Source: a virus
Taxonomy: Duplodnaviria > Caudoviricetes
Length of the DNA stretch: 36,458 nucleotides
Virus record (IMG/VR): IMGVR_UViG_3300027672_000033
Location: 1-36,458 of that record
Direction: 5' to 3' (one strand)
The translations under genes and the position numbers were made by a program. A model generated the notes under the pieces. The model searched no databases. It saw only the letters and a program-made list of their open reading frames with translations, and was not told the DNA's origin. Shown piece after piece: positions 8,601 to 16,005 of the stretch. Within the stretch, counting starts at the first letter, position 1. The number at the start of each line of letters is the position of its first letter.

Positions 8601-9367
8601 AAGCACTTCAGGAATGGTTAATGGATGTACCAGAATTTGAAAATAGAATAGAAGATGCATTTGAAGATGATTATAGACCTTCTATAAGCTCTTTAATAGA
8701 AGCAATTGGATATGATGATTATGATCAATTTTTTGACGATAATCCTGGAGCAGTAGAAACAATAGCAGATTGGATTCTAAGTATATCAGATTTTGTAAAT
8801 AAATTAGCAAGTGAATTTACCACTGATGAATTAGAAAACTTCGGACTATATGATATAGACGGGTATGATTCTGAAGACAACGAAGATGAATTAGATGAAT
8901 CTTCAATTAATAAGATTCAGAAAGGTTTAGATACTGTAGAAAAGCATATTCAGACTCATTTAGATATGTACAAAAGTGCTGAAGGAAAACAAGCAAAAGC
9001 ATTAGCAGTACAAATGCTCAAGAAATTAAATAAACAAAAAAAATTCTTAATAAAGAGTTTAGACGATAAAGTAGCAAGTACTGGATCAGATCAAACATTA
9101 GCTTCTAATAGTTTGTTAGACATGGACGAAGCTGGACCTGGATTTGCTCACGATTGTGCAGCTAAAGTAGTGCATGAAACATATGGTAAAGGTAATTGCA
9201 TACCAGAAAAACACACCTTAGTTAAAGAAGGTAAGAAGTATATAGTAACTCACTATGACGTTTTATTTGAAAACGGAAAAACTGTACAAGATATACCAGT
9301 TGATAAATTAGATATTAAAACTACTAATGAGCATTGGCATAAAGGGTATAAAAAGAAAAAGAAGTAA
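5696..9367 (+). CDS. Large modular acidic/basic protein; putative internal head polyprotein
   Basis: 1223 aa of short, compositionally distinct modules with many [ILV]-x-E sites; internal 52-aa duplication; K-rich C-terminus. Confidence 0.65.
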   Translation: MTYKEIKDRLTKCESTLTSLKAQTIQTKAVENQIKTLALVKESLHNKLTLLEGKAKTYLVTPKQGETTAVSLGDDDIDALKDADDVKTIKGVDGEEIKEEVGDFTVDQTKAIAKQVGAAVAKALKIGGEEVASMKGKNIEENSFDIYVQYKNNSDDAFSFHIEKDKLILADFTFSKEMGEVGIKPSGEAIVMVDVIADNLNTHFKSLNTVGEQFGDNQKGSYANKQIKNNLERRKANTDDSDVIAKIDLALSKLNEIDRLNISKSFFIEVSIRTARKALMVLDDMFRGQFETEGSNYYTFANEQDGYDAGIEMASQGIELEDTNIEGLEEDAVFDGDDEAAETDYMARRRATDDYKEGPVREGPYQTTYVKVGQRDYKKAMAILDGNIDPTYATMDIVDDDGDGNVIIYFNFRAKDDGEPGEDVGEFIYDLSMDLEANGITVTGKSHDVDEAVDLNDPVLMKLRAQRSAKNNKTNREAGISPKKKAILDKLISKRAQVMRDMEQEAEPEGGPIADKYGSILNKIDLAIAKASGRKQMSYDDAIKEDDSINNEDTDVGHQDDEPSMLKSSAMETAEYAAKLYKKLNKYDQHDGEVDFPHWWQKKLVLAREYISAAYHYLDSEEKQPAIDQLALENTVKEQSCKVGDTLTKDGRKGKVIKHSETQATVDFGNGDVYGIAHSRIKNGKILNEGRGDMESIINLIRDKAGESGFTEQEEAMEVMEAIGEHYEISFEFGRLGADLEEGQGNEKAIKGQELVDYIMSNWNWSEEKTLHWLGDNFGKNKKPEPPKEQDQGYIDYLRRSGRNEYADELVARSSGKLKETEHQGSNYKWPMSAATKARKDADVAAQKAKRKADKFAGEDPKAGSTIKGTGFNAPRVKKKKGVEEKKRPGLWANINAKKKRGAKASHGNSNAHKDAVAAGNAMKKEADISKMPHKLLKEYGSNDIDELTGAIGYRHLDHFFEDNPGATQALQEWLMDVPEFENRIEDAFEDDYRPSISSLIEAIGYDDYDQFFDDNPGAVETIADWILSISDFVNKLASEFTTDELENFGLYDIDGYDSEDNEDELDESSINKIQKGLDTVEKHIQTHLDMYKSAEGKQAKALAVQMLKKLNKQKKFLIKSLDDKVASTGSDQTLASNSLLDMDEAGPGFAHDCAAKVVHETYGKGNCIPEKHTLVKEGKKYIVTHYDVLFENGKTVQDIPVDKLDIKTTNEHWHKGYKKKKK
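8534..8776 (+). repeat. Tandem protein-level duplication (about 52-aa period)
   Basis: GAIGYRHLDHFFEDNPGATQALQEWL versus EAIGYDDYDQFFDDNPGAVETIADWI; the AIGY codons are 156 nt apart (8546, 8702). Confidence 0.8.
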
Positions 9368-9370
9368 AAT

Positions 9371-10435
9371 ATGAATTTAGATAATCTAAATAAACTAATA
9401 CTAGAAGCTTATAGTGAGGTTAATGAAGAGTCAAAAGAGACTATTAAAATACCCTCGCTCCCTAAAGCTATGCAAGATAGGTTGAAAGCCCGATATGGAG
9501 AATTTCATGAGAATGATTTTATCTCTTCTGATATGGGTACCTACTTTAAGACTACTAATGTCAATAAGACGACAGGACAAGTTTCACATAAGATTATAGC
9601 ACTTCCTTCTTTTGCAAGTATGTATAACGATTATAAAGATATAGTAGCCGATATTAAATCTTTAATGAAATCAGATGACATTAGAAAAGATAGAGCAGCT
9701 AGAGAATTATTTGAACTTATAAAAACAAACTTTAGAAGACTTCAAAGATACCTTAGAACAGAAAGACCTGAACAGTACGATCTTATTAGAATGAGAGCAT
9801 CCTTACAGGAATCAATAAATATGTTTAAATCACATACAAGTTTAATCACTGAAGAAACTCTTTGGAAACAATTAGAAGAAGCAGAAGATGATGAAGCTCC
9901 AGAAGAAACACCACAATCAGAAGGACCTAAAGAAGGTGAATTACCAGATGCAACAGATACGATATTAGGTAGGTTTCCTACTGTAAAGGCTGCAATAGTA
10001 AGACTACAGACAGATGAATTTAAAGAGTTTGTAGACAGCATAGACTGGATATCTCCTCGACCAACTGCATTTAGAGTTAACTTAAAGAACGGACAGGATT
10101 ATATTTTAAAGTGGACAGGTAAATCATTTCAAGCTCAAATTATGGGTAAAAGATACCTTTTATCAAATATAGCAGATTACCAACAAGCATTAGATAAATT
10201 AGCAATACTTTATAAAGAAGCACCAATGACTGGAGCAGGAGAAGGCGAAGCAGTAGAACCATCAGACACCGGAGGTGGTGGAGGTGGTGGTGGAGACTTT
10301 CCCGGCGGAGAAGGTGGAGCTGAAGCTGGAGACGAAGGCGATGCAGAAATTCCAGCAGGAGATGATGCACCTGCAGCAGATTTAGGAGGAGAGGAAATCG
10401 ATTTTGAAGATGCAGGAGAAGAACCAGAAGCATAA
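9371..10435 (+). CDS. Two-domain hypothetical protein with Gly/acidic tail; putative internal head protein
   Basis: Leader MNLDNLNKLILEA; two globular regions separated by ITEE...LEEA and an acidic linker; GGGGGGGG and D/E-rich C-terminal tail. Confidence 0.7.
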   Translation: MNLDNLNKLILEAYSEVNEESKETIKIPSLPKAMQDRLKARYGEFHENDFISSDMGTYFKTTNVNKTTGQVSHKIIALPSFASMYNDYKDIVADIKSLMKSDDIRKDRAARELFELIKTNFRRLQRYLRTERPEQYDLIRMRASLQESINMFKSHTSLITEETLWKQLEEAEDDEAPEETPQSEGPKEGELPDATDTILGRFPTVKAAIVRLQTDEFKEFVDSIDWISPRPTAFRVNLKNGQDYILKWTGKSFQAQIMGKRYLLSNIADYQQALDKLAILYKEAPMTGAGEGEAVEPSDTGGGGGGGGDFPGGEGGAEAGDEGDAEIPAGDDAPAADLGGEEIDFEDAGEEPEA

Positions 10436-10439
10436 TACT

Positions 10440-11384
10440 ATGAGCAATATTACAGATAAACTATATCAAGAATGGGCATGGAGAACTAAAAGCGGTACTC
10501 CAACAATGGACAATCCAGAGGATAAAGCGATACTAGAAAGTCTTATATCTGATTTAACCGATAAAGTATTAGTTGAATCAGCTCCCGAATATGATAAATA
10601 CCTTCAGGATAATGGATTTCCAGAAATTCCTCAAGCACAGGGTACGTATAAACAACCACAAGGGTCTGGAGATATGAAAGTAGATCCAAGAGATTTAGCC
10701 ACGTATCAAAAAATGTTTACTATGAATGCAGGTAACCAAACAGTTGGACCTGGAGAATTAGCTCTTTACTGGTTATACCAATTTCAAAAGAATCCTGTTG
10801 AATGCTCAGATAATAGAGGAGGATCAGATCCCGACTTAACTATCGGTTCTATAAAAGCAGAAGTAAAGTCATATAAATCTCATAGCGGTAAAATAACATT
10901 AGGTAAGTTCGGCAGTCAGAAAACTAATTTAACAGTTTTATCAGTAGTATTTGGTATACAAGCACTAAGCGCTGTTCTTAATATGAAATCAGAAAAGAAA
11001 GTTATTAGGCCTACTAGCTTTACAGACGCAGAGTTAATTAACGCATTTGAGTTTTTTATTAAAATTAAAACAGCACCCGGCTTATTAGAAGCTGCAACTC
11101 AATTTGAATTTATTCGCTCTCTTAAAGAAAAGATAGATATGGTTGATAGGGTACTACTAAACCCTGAAGACGCAAGAACAGCTGCTTCTAGAATGTTAGG
11201 TAGAATAGCAAGAGAAAAATTTACAGTAAAACCCGGCTTTGGAAACTACATCGCATCAACACTTTCTAGTGGAGATATTCATTTCTTTCATGTAACAGAA
11301 GAAAAATTAGATGTAGACTTATTAGATAAGGTTTCTATATCTGCAGGAGAAGTTAAGGTGAATTACATGGCCCTCTTTGGGTAA
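10440..11384 (+). CDS. PD-(D/E)xK (restriction-endonuclease-fold) nuclease
   Basis: GPGELAL helix (10746), PDL (10830) and AEVKS (EVK at 10860-10868). Start set at ATG 10440, which follows the upstream stop, rather than 10404. Confidence 0.6.
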   Translation: MSNITDKLYQEWAWRTKSGTPTMDNPEDKAILESLISDLTDKVLVESAPEYDKYLQDNGFPEIPQAQGTYKQPQGSGDMKVDPRDLATYQKMFTMNAGNQTVGPGELALYWLYQFQKNPVECSDNRGGSDPDLTIGSIKAEVKSYKSHSGKITLGKFGSQKTNLTVLSVVFGIQALSAVLNMKSEKKVIRPTSFTDAELINAFEFFIKIKTAPGLLEAATQFEFIRSLKEKIDMVDRVLLNPEDARTAASRMLGRIAREKFTVKPGFGNYIASTLSSGDIHFFHVTEEKLDVDLLDKVSISAGEVKVNYMALFG

Positions 11385-11394
11385 AAACTAAGTT

Positions 11395-12969
11395 ATGGCA
11401 CAAGACATAAAGAAAATAATTGCACAAGAATATATCAAGTGTGCAAAAGATCCGGCGTACTTTATGAAGAAGTATTGTCACATACAACACCCTACTAGGG
11501 GACGTATACTATTTGCCTTATACCCATTTCAAGAGAAAGTATTACACTTATTTAGAGATAATCAGTTCCTTATAACTCTTAAGTCTAGACAGTTAGGTAT
11601 TTCTACTTTAGCAGCAGCTTATAGTTTATGGTTGATGTTATTTCATAAAGATAAGAACGTTTTAGCACTGGCCACAACACAAGCAACTGCTCGTAACTTA
11701 GTATCTAAGACGATGTTTATGTACGACCAGCTACCTAAATGGTTAAAACTACCTGCAGTAGAGAAAAACAAACTTTCACTAAGACTTAAAAACGGTTCAA
11801 AGATAACAGCTAAATCATCTAACGCTGATGCAGCAAGATCTGAAGCAGTATCCTTACTGTTAATAGATGAAGCTGCTTTTATTGATAATATTGAAGAAAC
11901 ATTTACTGCTGCACAACAAACATTAGCAACCGGTGGTCAATGTATGGCTTTATCAACCCCTAACGGGATTGGTAATTGGTTTCATCAAACATGGGAAAAA
12001 GCAGAATCTGGAGAAAATTCATTTGTACCTGTAAGACTACCTTGGACTGTACATCCAGAAAGAAACCAGATATGGAGAGATCACCAAGATAGGGATTTAG
12101 GACCTAGAATGGCAGGTCAAGAATGTGATTGTGATTTCTTAGCTTCTGGAGAAACAGTATTCGAACCAGAAGATATGCTTTTCTACGAACAAACTTACCA
12201 GAAAGATGCTTTAGAGAGAAGAGGAGCAGATGGTAATTTATGGATTTGGGAAGGAGTAGACTATAATAAGTCTTATATGGTTGTAGCAGATGTTGCTCGT
12301 GGAGATTCTACTGATTACTCTGCCTTTCATATATTTGATATAGAAACATGTACACAGGTTGGAGAATATAAAGGTAAAATATCACCTAAAGATTTCGGAA
12401 ACGTACTAGTAGGAATAGCCTCAGAATACAACGATGCTTTACTTGTATGTGAAAATGCTAATATAGGATGGGCAACTATAGAGCAGATACTGGAACGAGA
12501 GTATAAAAACGTTTATTACAGTTCTACTTCAAATCAGGAAACAGTTGAATCCTATATGAATAAGTATGAACGGGATAAATTAGTTCCCGGTTTTACTATG
12601 TCTATGAAAACTAGACCATTAGTAGTTGCCAAGATGATTGAATACATAAGGGATAAGTCTGTTATAATACAGTCTAAAAGGCTCCTAGGTGAGATGAGAG
12701 TATTCGTATGGAAGAATGGAAAGGCTCAAGCACAAACAAGATATAACGATGACTTGCTTATATCATGTGCAACTGCGCTGTATGTAAGAGATACAGCTTT
12801 AAGAATGAGACAGCAGGGTATGGATTTAGCTAGAGCACAACTATCCTCGTTTGGTAACTTAAATGCCAAAAATAAAGCAGTTATGAAATCAGTTGGTAGT
12901 CAGCAAGAAAATCCTTATCTTATAGATACTCCGGGTGGTCAAGAAGACATCTCCTGGTTGTTAAAGTAG
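11395..12969 (+). CDS. terL: Terminase large subunit (T4 gp17-like)
   Basis: LYPFQ, Walker A KSRQLGIST, Walker B LLLIDEAAF, motif III STPNG, RNase H-like DVARGDSTDYS and NDDL. Confidence 0.95.
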   Translation: MAQDIKKIIAQEYIKCAKDPAYFMKKYCHIQHPTRGRILFALYPFQEKVLHLFRDNQFLITLKSRQLGISTLAAAYSLWLMLFHKDKNVLALATTQATARNLVSKTMFMYDQLPKWLKLPAVEKNKLSLRLKNGSKITAKSSNADAARSEAVSLLLIDEAAFIDNIEETFTAAQQTLATGGQCMALSTPNGIGNWFHQTWEKAESGENSFVPVRLPWTVHPERNQIWRDHQDRDLGPRMAGQECDCDFLASGETVFEPEDMLFYEQTYQKDALERRGADGNLWIWEGVDYNKSYMVVADVARGDSTDYSAFHIFDIETCTQVGEYKGKISPKDFGNVLVGIASEYNDALLVCENANIGWATIEQILEREYKNVYYSSTSNQETVESYMNKYERDKLVPGFTMSMKTRPLVVAKMIEYIRDKSVIIQSKRLLGEMRVFVWKNGKAQAQTRYNDDLLISCATALYVRDTALRMRQQGMDLARAQLSSFGNLNAKNKAVMKSVGSQQENPYLIDTPGGQEDISWLLK

Positions 12970-12972
12970 AAC

Positions 12973-12980
12973 TATTTATA
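12973..12980 (+). promoter_or_regulatory. TATTTATA putative late promoter
   Basis: Lies in the 27-nt gap before the portal ATG. Confidence 0.6.
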
Positions 12981-12996
12981 TAAAACAAAGAATCCA

Positions 12997-14889
12997 ATGG
13001 CGGATGTATCATTATTTGGTAGACTAAAGAGATTATTCTCAAATGACGTAGTAATACGTAACATAGGAGGAGACGAACTCAAAGTAGTCGACGTAAATCA
13101 AATTCAAAATACCGGTAAGTATGAAACTAATTCACTCGTGGATAGATTCAGCAGACTATATACTCAGAATAGCAGAAACGTATATAATCCAAATCTAAAT
13201 TACCAAACATTAAGAGTATCACTTTATTCTGACTATGAAGCAATGGACACAGATCCAATTATAGCTTCTGCATTAGATATTATAGCTGATGAAGCTACAA
13301 TTAAAAATGATCAAAATGAAGTAGTATCAATTAAGTCATCTGACGAGAATATACAAAAGGTACTCTATAACTTATTTTATGATGTATTAAACATTGAGTT
13401 TAATTTATGGTCATGGACACGTAATATGCTTAAATATGGAGACTTTTTCTTAAAGCTAGAGATAGCAGAGAAGTTTGGAGTATATAACGTACTACCTTAT
13501 ACTGTTTATAACATGGTAAGACATGAAGGAACAGACCCAGAGAATCCATCTAAAGTTGAATTTCAATTAGAGCCAGATGGAGTAGCAGCAGCAGCAGATC
13601 CACATTATAAAAGGAACCCAAATGCTAATAATATAATATTTGATAATTACGAAGTAGCTCACTTTAGGTTATTATCTGATACCTCTTATCTACCTTACGG
13701 ACGTTCTTATTTAGAGCCGGGAAGAAAAATATACAAACAAGTTAACTTAATGGAAGATGCTATGTTAATACATAGAATCATGAGAGCTCCAGAAAAGAGA
13801 ATGTTTTATGTTAATGTAGGTTCAATACCTCCAGCCGAAGTTGAGCAGTTTATGCAAAAGACTATTAACGGTATGAAAAAGACTCCTTATATAGATCAAA
13901 ATACTGGTCAATATAATTTAAAGTTTAATATGCAGAACATGATGGAAGATTTCTACATGCCTGTTAGAGGAGGAGATGCTACTACAAGAATTGAAACAAC
14001 TAAAGGATTAGAATACGACGGAACTAACGATGTACAGTACTTACAGGCTAAGTTATTTGCTGCATTAAAAATTCCAAAAGCATACTTCGGCTATGAAGGA
14101 GATCTTTCAGGTAAAGCTACTTTAGCAGCAGAAGATATTAGATTTGCTAGAACAGTCGAAAGAATTCAGAAGATATTAGAATCTGAATTAACTAAGATTG
14201 CATTAATACACTTATACACACAAGGTTTTACTGGAGAGAGTTTAACTAATTTTGAAGTTAGATTATCAACACCATCTATTATATTTGAACAAGAAAAAGT
14301 TGCTCTATTAAAAGAGAAAATTGACTTAGCTGCTCAGATGAAGGATACTAAATTATTTTCTACAGATTATATTTACGAAAGTATATTTAATATGTCAGAG
14401 GATACGTACATGGAAATGAGAGATTTAGTAAGAGAGGATACTAAAAGAACATTTAGACTTAATCAAATTGAAGGAGAGGGTAATGATCCTGCTAAATCAG
14501 GAATGACTTACGGTACACCACATGATTTAGCCTCTATGTACGGTAGACGATCAGTATCAACACCAAAAGGAGGAGGATCAGATGATGTACCACCAGGGTA
14601 CTCTGAAACAACGCCTGAATGGGGTCAGCCTGGACCAGAAGGTGGAAGACCAAAAGAAAAGGCTTCTGTATATGGTACAAACGACGCATTAGGAGGAAGA
14701 GACCCATTAGGTACTCATGGAATGCACGGAGGGTATCCTTCAGACAATGAGAACATGGCAGAAAACCTATCAACACATGCGGTATACCATCAAAATAAAG
14801 AAATGTTAAAAAATATAGTCTTTACGACTAAGGGAGATAAGGAGTCTGAGATGTTAAACGAAGACAACATTAAGGATTTAGGTAACTAA
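12997..14889 (+). CDS. gp20: Portal protein (T4 gp20-like)
   Basis: YGRSYLE...KQVNLMEDAMLIHRIMRAPEKRMFYVNVG, MEDFYMPVRGG, AALKIPK, EDIRF; position after the terminase. Confidence 0.93.
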   Translation: MADVSLFGRLKRLFSNDVVIRNIGGDELKVVDVNQIQNTGKYETNSLVDRFSRLYTQNSRNVYNPNLNYQTLRVSLYSDYEAMDTDPIIASALDIIADEATIKNDQNEVVSIKSSDENIQKVLYNLFYDVLNIEFNLWSWTRNMLKYGDFFLKLEIAEKFGVYNVLPYTVYNMVRHEGTDPENPSKVEFQLEPDGVAAAADPHYKRNPNANNIIFDNYEVAHFRLLSDTSYLPYGRSYLEPGRKIYKQVNLMEDAMLIHRIMRAPEKRMFYVNVGSIPPAEVEQFMQKTINGMKKTPYIDQNTGQYNLKFNMQNMMEDFYMPVRGGDATTRIETTKGLEYDGTNDVQYLQAKLFAALKIPKAYFGYEGDLSGKATLAAEDIRFARTVERIQKILESELTKIALIHLYTQGFTGESLTNFEVRLSTPSIIFEQEKVALLKEKIDLAAQMKDTKLFSTDYIYESIFNMSEDTYMEMRDLVREDTKRTFRLNQIEGEGNDPAKSGMTYGTPHDLASMYGRRSVSTPKGGGSDDVPPGYSETTPEWGQPGPEGGRPKEKASVYGTNDALGGRDPLGTHGMHGGYPSDNENMAENLSTHAVYHQNKEMLKNIVFTTKGDKESEMLNEDNIKDLGN

Positions 14890-14893
14890 CCCA

Positions 14894-14901
14894 TATTTAT
14901 A
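14894..14901 (+). promoter_or_regulatory. TATTTATA putative late promoter
   Basis: Lies in the gap before ATG 14918. Confidence 0.6.
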
Positions 14902-14917
14902 ATAGTAAACGTGTATA

Positions 14918-15775
14918 ATGAAAATAAGACACTCTAAATTTAAGAATACAGGGCTAATCTTTGAATTGCTAGTTAAGCAAATCGCAGCAGATACTTTAAG
15001 TAATAAAGACTCTAAAGCAATTGCAATACTTAAGAAGCATTTCACAGGTAAGACCGCTCTTGTACGTGAATTCAAATTATATGAATTTATATTAAAGAAT
15101 AAAGGAATAGGACAGCAGAAAGCTGAAACTATACTTTCAACTATAACAGAGATATCTAGAAATCTAGATCAAAAGATACTTAAGAAACAAAAGTATGATC
15201 TTATATCAGACATTAAGGAATCATATAACTCAGAAGAGTTCTTTGGTATACAGACTAATGACTATAAAGCATTAGCTTCCCTATACTGCCTTTTAGAAGC
15301 TCAGAATAATGATATTTCCTCTATAGACCCTAATAGTTTAGTAAATTATAAGAGTACTCTATTGGAACACCTTACAGCAGCAGTACAAGATCCCTTAGAA
15401 GTAAAAGATACCCTGATAGAGGAGTATTCTAAATACGATAAAGATCTAAAAATGCTGACCTTTAAAATAATGTTAGAGAAGTTTAACGATAACTATAAAG
15501 ACTTACTTCCTGAACAGAAAAATATACTAAAAGAATTTATTACCTCAGTTAACTCTCAAAAACGTTTACGAAATGTTATAAATGAAGAGTTATTGAAAAT
15601 TGCAACCGCAGTTGGAAAGCTTTCTACGAAAGTAAAAGATGAAGTAATAAAGATTAAGCTAGATGAAGTATCTAAATCTATCAAGGCCCTTAAAAAGACT
15701 GATAAGATAACAGATAATCACCTAGTTAACTTAATGCAATATTACGATCTTGTAAACGAATTAAAGAGTTTATGA
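14918..15775 (+). CDS. Hypothetical helical protein in the head module (possible prohead core component)
   Basis: 285 aa, L/K/E-rich, starts MKIRHSKFKNTGLIFELL; lies between portal and protease. Confidence 0.65.
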   Translation: MKIRHSKFKNTGLIFELLVKQIAADTLSNKDSKAIAILKKHFTGKTALVREFKLYEFILKNKGIGQQKAETILSTITEISRNLDQKILKKQKYDLISDIKESYNSEEFFGIQTNDYKALASLYCLLEAQNNDISSIDPNSLVNYKSTLLEHLTAAVQDPLEVKDTLIEEYSKYDKDLKMLTFKIMLEKFNDNYKDLLPEQKNILKEFITSVNSQKRLRNVINEELLKIATAVGKLSTKVKDEVIKIKLDEVSKSIKALKKTDKITDNHLVNLMQYYDLVNELKSL

Positions 15776-16005
15776 AAAAGTCCGCTTTAACCGGGTTAGT
15801 AAGGGAGGTAATAAAAGAGCTTGATGAAGCAAACGTTACTCAGGTAGGAGGAAGCGGTTTCACTGCAGGTGCAGGAGAGACTTATGCAACCCCTAGTTGG
15901 TTAGGTAATGCTACTAAAGCAATAAAGAGTTTAACAAAAGACGGATACAAGAAAATTAGTCGTCCAAAGCGACCATCACATACTAAAGGATTTGATTACC
16001 TATGA
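15772..16005 (+). CDS. 77-aa peptide containing an MCP N-arm-like segment
   Basis: ATGA overlaps on both sides; residues 19-39 match MCP residues 58-78 at 15/21. Confidence 0.75.
   Translation: MKKSALTGLVREVIKELDEANVTQVGGSGFTAGAGETYATPSWLGNATKAIKSLTKDGYKKISRPKRPSHTKGFDYL

Noticed and set aside
10404-10439. ORF track start at 10404
   Set aside because: It overlaps the acidic tail of the upstream gene; ATG 10440 follows the stop with an A-rich context.
12967-12999. The terminase TAG stop is in frame with the portal ATG with no stop between, suggesting read-through fusion or TAG recoding
   Set aside because: In-frame placement has about a one-in-three chance; the gap holds the promoter-like motif; all conserved genes are full length in code 11 with no internal TAG.
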